The translations under genes were made by a program, and so were the position numbers. This document shows, piece by piece, positions 1 to 9,516 of a DNA stretch of 64,000 nucleotides. Each line of letters starts with the position of its first letter. Position 1 is the first letter of the stretch. Source of the stretch: Candidatus Latescibacterota bacterium (GTDB taxonomy: Bacteria > Latescibacterota > UBA2968 > GCA-2709665); contig OZ241917.1 in assembly GCA_965203805.1 (NCBI GenBank), forward strand, positions 4,128,001 to 4,192,000, in the 5' to 3' direction. The notes beneath the pieces were generated by a model. The model saw only the letters and a list, made by a program, of their open reading frames with translations. It made no database searches and was not told where the DNA came from.

Positions 1-2966
1 AGCCATGCCGGGTCCGAGGGAAACACCTCCGTATCGAACGCGACCTCCCCGCTCGCGGATTCGTGCCGGCCTCCAAGCAACGGGTGACCGGCGCCCGGCC
101 GCCGCCTGGTCGCCTTGACCCAATGGCTCTTGCGCTGGAACGGATAACCCGGCAACGCGATCCGGCGCCGCTCCTCGCCGGCGAACAGGCCGGAAAAGGA
201 AATCGGAAGCCCCGATTCGTAAGCCCTTGCGGCGGCCACGGTAAAGGCACGGTCGGCCTCTGCCTGCGACACCCTGCTCGAGGGTCGCAGCAGGCTCGAA
301 AGCGCGATAGGCGGCGGGGCGCTCCCCGCCGCTTCCGGCCAGGCCATGGTCGCCATCGAACCAAGCACCGAATGGGGCCCGACTTCAATGATCAGATCGA
401 CGCCGAGGCGCGCCAGGGTCTCCATGCTTCGACTGAATGCCACAGGTTCGCGGGAGTGGCGGCGCCAGTATGCGCCGTCCATCCGTTCATCCGATTCCAG
501 CACCCGGCCTGTAACGTTGCTGACGAGCGTGAGCGAGGGAGACGAGATGTCCAGATTCGCGACCACATTCTCCAACCCGTCCAGCATCGGATCCACCATG
601 GGACTGTGGAAGGCGTTTCCGGTGGCAAGACGGTTGACCCGGACATCCCGGGCAAGGAAGCGCTCCGATATCTCCGTAACGTCGTTTTCAAGGCCGCTTA
701 CGACCTGATGCGCGCCATTGTACGCCGCGATGCACAGTCCCATCTCGTCGGACCTTGCATTCAGTTCATCGATAGCCGTCTCGACCTGCGGTACGTCGGC
801 GAAGATCGCGGCCATGGCGCCGCCTTGCGGCAGCGCAGCCGTGAGTTCGCCCCTTGCCGCGGCAAAATGTACGCCTTCCTCCAGGTCGAACACCCCGGCC
901 GCCTGCGCGGCGGCGTGTTCACCAAAGCTGTGTCCGAGCACAACGTGAGGGCGAACACCCAGGCTGGACCACAGCGCCGTCAGTGCGCACTCCAGCGAGA
1001 ATATGGCCGCCTGCGTCCACGCCTGGTTGGAAAGATCTCCGGAACGGCCGAACATCACGTCCAGCAGCGAGCCGCCCCGTTCCTTCCTCATCACCGCGTC
1101 GCAGCGGTCGAGTACCGCTCGGAACACGGGCTCCGTCTCGTGCAACTTCTCACCCATACCAACCCAGTGGCTTCCCTGACCCGTGTAAAGGAAGGCAACG
1201 CGGGAAGGCGCCTGCGCGTCGTTCGCCGCGCCGGAATCGGCAAGCGCACGGAGCTCTTCGCGCAGAGACGAAACGTCGCCGAAGACGATGCCTTTCCGAT
1301 GCGCGAAATGGCTCCGGCCCACGCCGGCCGTCCACGCCATATCGGCAAGCATGGACTGTGCCGCGCCCGCGTCTCCGGGTTCGGTTGCGCGCTCGTCCAA
1401 CCAGTCCAGGTACCGCCCCGCCAAGCCCTGAAGCGCCTCATTCGACTTCCCGGAAAGCGGCAAAACGCGCGTTTCTCTATCGGCCGCAGCGTCCGAACCC
1501 CGCGCCTGTACCGCTGCCTCGCCGGCAAGCGTTGCGGCGACCCGCATTCGGGAACCCGACGGCCACTGCCGATGCTCGACGCCGGCCCGCCCTTCCGTCT
1601 CGGTATTGTAGGCTTCCACCACCAGGTGTGCGTTCGTGCCGGACCAGCCGAAACCGCTTATACCGGCCGTCGGGACTCGCTCCGAATGGCTCGGCCAGGC
1701 TGTCTGTTCCGCCGTCACCCGCAGCGGCATCCTGTCCCAGTCCAACGCCGGATTCGGCTCGCGGAAGTTCAGGTGCCTTGGAATCACGCCGTGATTCATT
1801 GCCAGCGCGACCTTGATCAGCGCCGCAACGCCCGCCGCAGGCTCGAGATGGCCGATGTTCGTCTTCACCGAACCGATCAGGAGTGGCCGGTCCGCCGCGC
1901 GACCGTTGCCGTAGGCGGCAGCGGCTGCCTCCAACTCGATGGGGTCGCCCACCGTCGTCCCGGTCCCGTGCGCTTCCAGATAATCCACTTCCGACGGCGA
2001 AAGCCCCGCATCTGACAACGCCTCCCCGATGACGCGCTCCTGTGAGGCGCCGTTCGGTACGGTCAACCCCGGGCTGGCCCCATCCTGGTTGACCGCCGAA
2101 CCGCGGATCACGCCCCAGATCCGGTCGCCGTCCGCCTCCGCCTCGCGGAGTCGCTTCAGGACTACGATTCCACAGCCTTCACCTCGCACATACCCGTTCG
2201 CGGCGGCGTCGAACGTCTTGCATTGCCCGTCGGGCGCCAACATTCCTGCCTTGCCTCGTAATTCCGACAGCCGCCCCGATACGATCAGGTGAACCCCTCC
2301 GGTGAGCGCGAGGTCCGCCTCGCCCCGTTGCAGGCCCGATACCGCCTGATGGATCGCCACCAGCGATGACGAGCAGGCGGTGTCGAGAGCCATCGCCGGT
2401 CCCTCGAGTCCCAGCGCGAAGGCGACCCGTCCGATGGCTGTGTTGAAGGAAGTGCCGCTGACGGCATAGAGGCTTGCCGCCGGCTCGGTAATCTCCGTCC
2501 CACCCAGGATCAGGCTGCGGTAATCGTGATTGCTGATCCCCGCATAGACGCCGGTCCGGCTGCCTTTCAGCCGATCCGGATCCATCCCCGCATCCTCGAT
2601 CGCCTTCCAGCTCGTTTCCAGCATCAACCGCTGCTGCGGGTCGAGCAGTTGCGCCTCGACCGGCGAAATGCGAAAGAACGCAGCGTCAAACAGATCGATC
2701 CTGTCGAGGTAAGCGCCGAACCGGCAGGCCTCGCTCTGAATATCGGCGTTGGGAAAAAGCTCTCCTATGCGCCCGTCGCCGGACCCCGGGACCCCCTCGC
2801 TGACGGCGTTTCCACCGGCTTCGAGCAATTGCCAGAATGAAGCGATGTCCGGCGCACCGGGAAATCGGCAGGCCATGCCCACGATTGCGATCGGCTGTGC
2901 GCAGCCGGAAGTCGCGCGGTCGTCATTCAGGTTGCCCGAAGATTCAATTTGCCCATCTGCGTCCAT
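1..2966 (-). CDS. Type I polyketide synthase, 5' part (KS-AT-start of DH), Sup-like; runs off the left edge
   Basis: Absent from the ORF track because it has no stop in the window. Manual translation from ATG 2966 (GGGAGG RBS) gives PIAIVGMACRFPG, DPQQR, KS active site DTACSSS, EAHGTGT, KTNIGH, AT motifs GHSFG and NAFHS, YPFQR linker and HPLLG at the DH start. Confidence 0.95.
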   Translation of the reverse strand, partial: MDADGQIESSGNLNDDRATSGCAQPIAIVGMACRFPGAPDIASFWQLLEAGGNAVSEGVPGSGDGRIGELFPNADIQSEACRFGAYLDRIDLFDAAFFRISPVEAQLLDPQQRLMLETSWKAIEDAGMDPDRLKGSRTGVYAGISNHDYRSLILGGTEITEPAASLYAVSGTSFNTAIGRVAFALGLEGPAMALDTACSSSLVAIHQAVSGLQRGEADLALTGGVHLIVSGRLSELRGKAGMLAPDGQCKTFDAAANGYVRGEGCGIVVLKRLREAEADGDRIWGVIRGSAVNQDGASPGLTVPNGASQERVIGEALSDAGLSPSEVDYLEAHGTGTTVGDPIELEAAAAAYGNGRAADRPLLIGSVKTNIGHLEPAAGVAALIKVALAMNHGVIPRHLNFREPNPALDWDRMPLRVTAEQTAWPSHSERVPTAGISGFGWSGTNAHLVVEAYNTETEGRAGVEHRQWPSGSRMRVAATLAGEAAVQARGSDAAADRETRVLPLSGKSNEALQGLAGRYLDWLDERATEPGDAGAAQSMLADMAWTAGVGRSHFAHRKGIVFGDVSSLREELRALADSGAANDAQAPSRVAFLYTGQGSHWVGMGEKLHETEPVFRAVLDRCDAVMRKERGGSLLDVMFGRSGDLSNQAWTQAAIFSLECALTALWSSLGVRPHVVLGHSFGEHAAAQAAGVFDLEEGVHFAAARGELTAALPQGGAMAAIFADVPQVETAIDELNARSDEMGLCIAAYNGAHQVVSGLENDVTEISERFLARDVRVNRLATGNAFHSPMVDPMLDGLENVVANLDISSPSLTLVSNVTGRVLESDERMDGAYWRRHSREPVAFSRSMETLARLGVDLIIEVGPHSVLGSMATMAWPEAAGSAPPPIALSSLLRPSSRVSQAEADRAFTVAAARAYESGLPISFSGLFAGEERRRIALPGYPFQRKSHWVKATRRRPGAGHPLLGGRHESASGEVAFDTEVFPSDPAW

Positions 2967-3091
2967 AATGTCCCTCCCGATATGCGTGCTTCAACACACC
3001 TGCCTTACGCGATACGCCCGGACCCGGTCAAAGGGCATCGGGAAAATCCGCCAACTTCAGTATGAGTACCCCCAAGGACGTCAAACGAGAT

Positions 3092-3620
3092 TCAGCTGAC
3101 CGGATTCCGCTCCAGCGTTTCAAGCCATCGATACCCGAAGGCCGGGATTTTGCCTGGAGGCGTCACGCCGCCGGGAAACATGCTGAATCGTTCCACGCGC
3201 AGGCGGTAGCTGTAACCGTGCACCGGCTGGAAATCCACGATTTCGCTTCTGAACGCGGCGCCGTTGACGACGTTACAGGAGATCGAACTGTTCTCGCCGC
3301 ATCTGATCCTGCCGGGGCCAACGGTGATTTCTTCCTCCTGAGTGCCGGCCGCCTCGGTTCTTTCGACGATTTCATCCAGCACATGGCGGCCATCGCGAAA
3401 TTTGTTTACATTTAACGTATTGTAATACCCGGCGTCGTATTCGAAATTGGTGATGATATCGTCGTAAGGCGTGCCGTCAACAAGCAGACAGCCGATAGGC
3501 ATATCTGCCGGCATCCTGCGGCGGCTCCTCTCCGCCCCACGGATCGTATTTCCCAATCCGCAGGCGGCAGGTGTAGCCCGGTTCGCGCTCCAATTGCCGG
3601 AAATCGGAAGTTGACAAGGC
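3092..3620 (-). pseudogene. Frameshifted, 5'-truncated multi-copy DUF4377-like protein
   Basis: DUF4377-like segments lie in two frames: EPGYTCRLRI..PPQDAGRYAYRL in ORF 3477-3659, and CLLVDG..ITNFEYDAGY plus ITVGP..C..C..VHGYSYRLRV..YRWLETL in ORF 3092-3718. No credible start or signal peptide. Confidence 0.55.
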
Positions 3621-4178
3621 CGGTGCTTCCAACATAACTTTAATATCACACCTGTCCAAAATCGGTTTCTGTCTTGGACAGCATCTGGTTCACTTCCGCG
3701 AAGCAGCGCTTCGACCAAGGTAGCGTGAGTTTCAAAAAGTGCCTATTTCACGGGCTTAATGGGACGGGAACAGCACAATTATGGCCACTGGATGAGTCAC
3801 TTTGTTCTTGGACAGCATTGCGAAGACGATCGCAACCTGGTTTTCATTATCCGGGTCAAACCCGTCCAAAATCGCCAATTGAAGCCATATTTCGAACCTT
3901 ATCTCTGAGAATCCGACGGTTCTTGGACAGCAGTGCTTTAATATATAATAAAAATCGACATTTGGACAATGGCCGGTGACCGGGTTTCGGACCGATGGGC
4001 GCCGCCGGCATTCCGGACCGGGACTGATTTCACCCTGCGTGCAGCGAATTTTCGAAGAAGGCAACGGTTGGTGACAACCTGAACGGTCATCAATCCATAT
4101 TGATATGAGGCGCAATCAAGAAGCGACTATATTTCCGATCCGCCATTTCAGGGCCAGACCCTGATCGCTCGAGGGGGA

Positions 4179-7142
4179 ATGACGGTGCGCGTGTTTTTTT
4201 TCTGCTGGTTGGTGCTGGGGTGCGGAACTGTTCTGGCCCAGCCCGACGGTTACGTCGAAGGGACGGTTAAAGGGGAGGCGGGCGAGGCCCTGCCCGGTGC
4301 CAATGTCGTTGTCCAGGGTACGGATCTTCCGGAGAGAGCCGTGGCCGCTGCCGGCGACGAGGCGCGGTTCCGAATTGCCGTTCCACCGGGCAATTACCGG
4401 ATCGAGATTACATTCATCGGTTACAGGGCCGAGATTCGTGAACGTGTCGCCGTGCATTCAGGGCGGTCCACCACGCTCAATGTGATTCTCACGGAGCAGG
4501 TCATACTTCTGGAGCAGAGCGTGGTTTCCGCTTCCCGTCGACGGGAAAAGATCCTGGACGCACCCGCTTCCGTCACGGTGGTCGAGTCCGCCGATATCCG
4601 TAAAAACCCTTCAATGAACGTCGCCGACCACGTGAAAGACCTGCCGTCGGTTGATTTCGCGAAAACCGGACTGGCCAACAGCAGCATCGTGGTGCGCGGC
4701 TTCAACAGCGTATTCACCGGCACGCTTCTTATGATGACGGACAACCGGCTTGCCCGGGTGCCGTCCGTGCGGGTGAACGCCCCGAATTTCATTCCCATTA
4801 CCAGCGACGACGTGGAACGCATCGAGGTGGTCCTGGGGCCGGGATCGGCGCTGTACGGGCCCAACAGCGCCGACGGGGTCATGCACATTATTACCCACTC
4901 TCCCTTTACGTCGCAGGGCACGAGCGCGCATTTCGGATACGGAGAGCGCGATCTGCGCCAGGCTTCGATTCGCCACGCAGGCAAGGTCGGAGACCGGGTG
5001 GGCTACAAGATATCCGCACGGTACTATACAGGGACGGAGTGGGATTACGTCGACCCGGAGGAGGTGCGGGCCAGGGAACGCAGGGACCAGGAAATCGCCG
5101 CGGGTCTGAACCTGCCGCCGCTTCCGACCCGCAATCCCGAAACCAACAATCTCGGTCTGGAAGGGCGCCTGGACTGGCGCCCATCGGACAATTTCACCGC
5201 CATCTTTTCTGCTGGACACAACAAGGCCGACCTGGTGGGGCTGACTGGCGTGGGGGCCTCGCAGACAAGAGACTGGCAGTACAACTACGCCCAGTTGCGC
5301 GTGTTGTACGGCGACTGGTTTATCCAGGCCTTTCGCAACTGGACCGATTCGGGCGGCACCTTTCTTCTGCGCACCGGCGACCCCGTGGTCGACCTGTCCT
5401 CCCTCACGGTATTCCAGGCGCAACATCTGTCGAAACTGGGCAAACGCCAGCGATTCACCTACGGCCTGGACGCATTGTTGACGCGGCCGGATACCGAGGA
5501 AACCGTGATGGGCAGGAACGAGTACGACGACGACCTGAACGAGTTCGGAGTCTACCTGCAGAGTGAAACCTCCCTTTCCAGTATGCTGGATCTCGTGCTT
5601 GCCCTGCGCTACGACTACCACAACCGCCTCTCGGACCCGGAGTTTTCGCCCCGTGCCGCGCTGGTGTTCAAGCCGGAGCCGACCCAGACTTGGCGCCTGA
5701 CCTATAACCGGGCGTTCACCACACCCACGTCGAACAATCTCTACCTCGATCTGCTGGCTACCCGGGACCCCTTCGGGTTCAGCGGTCTTTTCGGGCCGAT
5801 GTTTACGTCGCGCGGCCAGGCATTCGATCCAATCGACCTCTGGACCCAGGGAAACTACCAGGACGACGGTTTCGGCTTCACGTTCCGGAGGGAAGGGGGC
5901 CGGCCCCTGTTCCGCTCTCCGTTCGCCCCGTTGGCAGGGCTTCCCGCCGACCAGTATCTGCGCCTGGACGACCCGGTTTTCACCAACGTGATGTGGGGTA
6001 TCGGCAGGGAGGTGGTGTTGGAGCAGTTGTTGCCGACCGTAAAGGAGATGGCCGTCGGCATCCTGATCGAACAGGGCATGGGCGCCGATGAAGCCCGGGC
6101 CTTCGCGAACGGACTGGCTGAGGCCTTTCCCGGCATCGTTCCCGAGCAACTGACCGGTCTCCGCAATGTCATGGGCCGGCTGAATATCGCAACGCCGCCG
6201 CTTGGAGAAGAGCCGGGCGACAATCTGCAGCCGTTCTTCTTCGTTGAGTCGGACGGCGCCACGCCGGTTACGGCCTACGACGTTCCGCGGATTCAGTCCG
6301 CGATTACCAGGACGATCGAATTCGGCTACAAGGGCGTCCTGGCCGACAAGCTCATCGTGGCCGCGGACCTGTATCAGTCGAGGATCGAGAATTACGTGGG
6401 TTCGGTTTCGGTGGAAACCCCCAACGTTTTTCTAGATCCGGAGCGTCTTGCCGAGGCGCTGACTCGAGGATTCGAAGAGACGCTGTCCGATCCGTCCAAC
6501 GCGGTGCTCGCCGCCGGAATCCAGCTGGTTGACAACGTGCAGGTGCCGGGACTCCTGGAGGGCAACCGGAACGGTACGCCGGTGGACGAACTGACCGCCA
6601 TCTTCGTGGCCGGGGCGGCGGCCATACCATACGGTACGGTGTCGCCGGAGCAGGCGACCGATCCCTATGCGATGGTGCTGACCTACCGCAATTATGAAAA
6701 TATCACCCTGCGCGGGCTGGACCTGAGCATGGCCTACTATCCGACGGCGCAATGGCGGCTGACCGGCAATTATTCATATGTGAGCGAGAATTTCTTCAAG
6801 AACCTTAAGTATACGAATGTCCCGGGGGTTGGCGATGTCACGCTGAATTCGCCCCGGCACAAGTTCAAACTGGGGGCGACGTACGATTTCTCCCGGTGGG
6901 GGCTGGCGGTTGGCGGCGCCTTGCGCTTCACCGATTCCTTCCCCATGCAGTCCGGGGTGTACGTGGGCGACGTGGATGCCTATACGGTTCTCGACCTGAA
7001 GCTAAGCTACCGGTTGCCGGTCGAACGGGATATGGTTTTCCACGTCGACGGGAGCAACGTGCTGAATACCCGCTACCAGTCGTTCATCGGGGCCCCGGAG
7101 GTGGGCCGCCTCGTCTTCAGCCAGGTCAGTATGCGGTTTTGA
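4179..7142 (+). CDS. TonB-dependent outer membrane receptor with N-terminal carboxypeptidase-regulatory-like domain
   Basis: Signal peptide, LPGANVVV domain, VVSASRR..APASVTVV plug, ERIEVVLGPGSALYG, FSPRAALVF, C-terminal Phe. Confidence 0.95.
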   Translation: MTVRVFFFCWLVLGCGTVLAQPDGYVEGTVKGEAGEALPGANVVVQGTDLPERAVAAAGDEARFRIAVPPGNYRIEITFIGYRAEIRERVAVHSGRSTTLNVILTEQVILLEQSVVSASRRREKILDAPASVTVVESADIRKNPSMNVADHVKDLPSVDFAKTGLANSSIVVRGFNSVFTGTLLMMTDNRLARVPSVRVNAPNFIPITSDDVERIEVVLGPGSALYGPNSADGVMHIITHSPFTSQGTSAHFGYGERDLRQASIRHAGKVGDRVGYKISARYYTGTEWDYVDPEEVRARERRDQEIAAGLNLPPLPTRNPETNNLGLEGRLDWRPSDNFTAIFSAGHNKADLVGLTGVGASQTRDWQYNYAQLRVLYGDWFIQAFRNWTDSGGTFLLRTGDPVVDLSSLTVFQAQHLSKLGKRQRFTYGLDALLTRPDTEETVMGRNEYDDDLNEFGVYLQSETSLSSMLDLVLALRYDYHNRLSDPEFSPRAALVFKPEPTQTWRLTYNRAFTTPTSNNLYLDLLATRDPFGFSGLFGPMFTSRGQAFDPIDLWTQGNYQDDGFGFTFRREGGRPLFRSPFAPLAGLPADQYLRLDDPVFTNVMWGIGREVVLEQLLPTVKEMAVGILIEQGMGADEARAFANGLAEAFPGIVPEQLTGLRNVMGRLNIATPPLGEEPGDNLQPFFFVESDGATPVTAYDVPRIQSAITRTIEFGYKGVLADKLIVAADLYQSRIENYVGSVSVETPNVFLDPERLAEALTRGFEETLSDPSNAVLAAGIQLVDNVQVPGLLEGNRNGTPVDELTAIFVAGAAAIPYGTVSPEQATDPYAMVLTYRNYENITLRGLDLSMAYYPTAQWRLTGNYSYVSENFFKNLKYTNVPGVGDVTLNSPRHKFKLGATYDFSRWGLAVGGALRFTDSFPMQSGVYVGDVDAYTVLDLKLSYRLPVERDMVFHVDGSNVLNTRYQSFIGAPEVGRLVFSQVSMRF

Positions 7143-7272
7143 CCATGATTCGTATGGTTTCGAGGACGTTAAATCGAATATATGCGAATTGATAAAGGCG
7201 ATTAAACTGCGGATTACCAGGATACACCAGGTCACCGAACGTGAACGGAAGTATCATCCTTATGGACGACCT
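7142..7272. repeat. ~130-bp dispersed repeat, copy 1 (inverted copy at ~12358-12490)
   Basis: 7165-7250 (GACGTTAAATCG..TTGATAAAGGCGATTAAAC..CCAGGTCAC..ACGTGAACGGAA) closely matches the reverse complement of 12382-12467; weaker similarity extends on both sides. Confidence 0.85.
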
Positions 7273-7381
7273 TGATACTCCGTTTGGCACCGGTCCGTTC
7301 TGTGTCTCTTGTGTTTTTTGTGACCAATTTGACTGTTGTCTTTTTTGAATCGAGGTTAATCGCGTGCAATGGAAGGTAAGT

Positions 7382-7415
7382 GAGGGGGTGCGGCGACTGC
7401 CGCACCCCCTCTTTT
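7382..7415 (+). terminator. Intrinsic terminator
   Basis: Perfect 13-bp stem GAGGGGGTGCGGC/GCCGCACCCCCTC, GACT loop, then TTTT. Confidence 0.75.
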
Positions 7416-7436
7416 GCGAGGCAGAGGTCTGATAAT

Positions 7437-8444
7437 ATGTCTAGCAACAGGACATCAGCGGAGAATTCGAAAGAGACGCATGACGGTGGGGCGTCCATCC
7501 GCGATATGACGGCTACTCTGGACCGTGCGAAAGGGGCGCTGGTCGGTCTCGCTCTGGGCGACGCGCTCGGCACGACGCTGGAGTTTGCCGGTAGGGACAC
7601 CAGGCCGCCGGTTGCCGACCTGGTGGGCGGAGGTCCGTTCGGCCTTGCCGCGGGGGAGTGGACCGACGACACGAGCATGGCCCTTTGTCTCGCGGAATCG
7701 CTGCTTGAGCGAGGTCGGCTGGACGTTCACGATCTGATGAATCGGTTCGTCCGGTGGTATAAGGAGGGACATAATTCGGTCACCGGCACGTGTTTCGACA
7801 TCGGTGTGACCACGGAGCGGGCACTCAGGGCTTTCAGCGAAACCGGGGAGCCGATGAGCGGCAGCACCGATCCGCGCAGCGCCGGCAACGGTTCGCTCAT
7901 GCGGCTGTCGCCGGTGGCGATCCGATGGCGGCGCGACCGGGCGAGGGCGACGGCGGCCGCGCGGTTGCAGAGCCGAACCACGCACGGCGCCGTGCAGGCG
8001 GTGGAGGCTTGCGCGTTCTACGTCGAGCTGCTGATCGAGGCGATCGCCGGGGCGCCGAAGGAAACGGTCCTGCGTGCCAGAGAATGGAGCGGCGATGCTC
8101 AGATCGCCGGGGTGGCCGCGGGGACGTGGCGCACGAAGGCGCGCGACGCCATTTCGTCGTCAGGATACGTATTGCACACTCTGGAAGCGGCCCTGTGGTG
8201 CGTGGGCCGATCGGAATCCACTGAAGAAGCCCTGATTCTGGCGGCCAATCTCGCCGATGACGCCGACACGGTAGCTGCCGTCACCGGCCAGCTCGCCGGC
8301 GCGCTGTGGGGCATGTCGGACGCACCCGCCGGATGGCTCGAGAAACTGGCATGGCGCGGGCGCCTGGAAGCGCTCGCCACCGGCCTGTTCGAGGCCGCCA
8401 ACAGCGAGCGGGACGGACCCGTCGGTGAGACGCTATCCCATTAG
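7437..8444 (+). CDS. ADP-ribosylglycohydrolase family protein (DraG-like)
   Basis: GLALGDALG, WTDDT, DIG, AGNGSLMR, TTHG, DDADTVAAVTG motifs. Start ATG 7437 follows GAGG; ATG 7506 is an alternative. Confidence 0.95.
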   Translation: MSSNRTSAENSKETHDGGASIRDMTATLDRAKGALVGLALGDALGTTLEFAGRDTRPPVADLVGGGPFGLAAGEWTDDTSMALCLAESLLERGRLDVHDLMNRFVRWYKEGHNSVTGTCFDIGVTTERALRAFSETGEPMSGSTDPRSAGNGSLMRLSPVAIRWRRDRARATAAARLQSRTTHGAVQAVEACAFYVELLIEAIAGAPKETVLRAREWSGDAQIAGVAAGTWRTKARDAISSSGYVLHTLEAALWCVGRSESTEEALILAANLADDADTVAAVTGQLAGALWGMSDAPAGWLEKLAWRGRLEALATGLFEAANSERDGPVGETLSH

Positions 8445-9263
8445 ACTTCCATACCGCAACCCCACGGCTTTTTTCACCGCCTCCAGGGTCCGCTGGCCCT
8501 CGATCCTCGCCTCCGATCCCCCCAGATGCAGGACATCCCCCACGAGGCTCAGTCTGCCCTCCAGCTGTGTCTCCGCGATCCGAAACGGCTCCTGTTCGGC
8601 ATCCTTCCGCGCCTCCCCATTTGTTTTCGTCCCAACACGCGCGTCGGCATCCGCAATCCCGACCGCATTTGAGTGACGCACGCGCATTCCGGTAATTCCG
8701 CGGGTTCCGTTCGCCTGTACGCTTTGCTTGAACCCGGGCAACGGGAAGACGGTCCCGAACTCGCGATTGAATCGACGCGCTACTTCCCGGCACAGATTCG
8801 AGCGCATCTGCTGGCCGGGTCCCGCCGTCACCATTGAAGGCCGGAACAGCAGCACGTCCGCCGGCTGAAAGATCGGATAACCGGTAAACCCGGCGGTCGA
8901 CGACCGCCTCGCTGCATCCGGCTTCCGCCGCGCCTCCGGGAAGGCCATCGGGGCCGGCAGCGGTATCGAGTGATCAAGAATCATCGCCAATTCCGCGAGT
9001 TGCGGAACCTGAGACTGCAGAAAACAGACGCTCCGTTCCGGATCGAACCCGGATGCCAGCAGATCCGTGACGAGATGACGAATATTCAGCTCGATCTCAC
9101 GCGGATGTATCCGATCCGGGATCAACGCATGGTAGTCGGCGATCATAAAAAAGCAACGGGCTTCCGGCTGTCGGTCAAGTATCTGTTTCAAAACCCCGAT
9201 CAAGTGTCGGAGGATCGTGCTTTCCATTGGCCGGACACTTGCCAGGACAATAGGACGTTTCAT
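8433..9263 (-). CDS. Degenerate tryptophanyl-tRNA synthetase paralogue (no HIGH, no KMSKS, shortened anticodon-binding domain)
   Basis: TrpRS-like blocks CFFMIADYHAL, LASGFDPERS..FLQSQVP, GYPIFQPADVL, REVARRFN..FGTVFPLP, TLEAVKKAVGL. The HIGH position reads TILRH and the KMSKS position reads MRVRHS. AAGGAG RBS. Confidence 0.85.
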   Translation of the reverse strand: MKRPIVLASVRPMESTILRHLIGVLKQILDRQPEARCFFMIADYHALIPDRIHPREIELNIRHLVTDLLASGFDPERSVCFLQSQVPQLAELAMILDHSIPLPAPMAFPEARRKPDAARRSSTAGFTGYPIFQPADVLLFRPSMVTAGPGQQMRSNLCREVARRFNREFGTVFPLPGFKQSVQANGTRGITGMRVRHSNAVGIADADARVGTKTNGEARKDAEQEPFRIAETQLEGRLSLVGDVLHLGGSEARIEGQRTLEAVKKAVGLRYGSLMG

Positions 9264-9508
9264 TCCGAGGACTCCTTGTTTTCAAATATGCCAAGTCGAA
9301 AAACGGGCCGACGCCAGGGCGCCGCGTCGGAAAATGCAGTTTGCTGTACAAGAAAAGCCGCGATCCACTTCCAGGTGAACCGCGGCCATCGCCAGTCCTT
9401 CAGGCACAAATCATCCGGAGGCGGACGCACGGCTCCTGTTGCCCCGAGCCACCAGCGGTGAAGGGAAATCGCCGCGTTCCCGGACAAAATGCCCGAACGT
9501 TGTGCCAT
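9260..9508 (-). CDS. Trp-rich leader-like ORF (82 aa, 7 Trp including WW) between trpS and the TrpRS paralogue
   Basis: GAGG RBS before ATG 9508; sequence MAQRSGILSGNAAISLHRWWLG...; its stop overlaps the downstream ATG (ATGA at 9260-9263). Confidence 0.5.
   Translation of the reverse strand: MAQRSGILSGNAAISLHRWWLGATGAVRPPPDDLCLKDWRWPRFTWKWIAAFLVQQTAFSDAAPWRRPVFRLGIFENKESSE
9350..9386 (-). terminator. Intrinsic terminator / second attenuator hairpin
   Basis: Minus strand GCCGCGGTTCAC-CTGGAA-GTGGATCGCGGC (12-bp stem with two G-U pairs) followed by TTTTCTT. Confidence 0.7.
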
Positions 9509-9516
9509 GGTCAGCC

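Noticed and set aside
63-2015. 650-aa plus-strand ORF
   Set aside because: In-register antisense shadow of the PKS gene; no recognisable motifs. The same applies to other long antisense ORFs (4611-6149, 13195-14691, 9439-10521, 55067-56227).
3980-4178. Cobalamin or TPP riboswitch upstream of the TonB receptor
   Set aside because: The conserved core motifs of these riboswitches were not found by eye.
7262-7348. 28-aa Cys-rich ORF (MDDLDTPFGTGPFCVSCVFCDQFDCCLF) before a terminator, resembling a Cys leader peptide
   Set aside because: No RBS, and the TGT codons come from a TGTG/TTTT-rich repeat also seen at ~47065 and ~49580; the downstream gene has no cysteine link.
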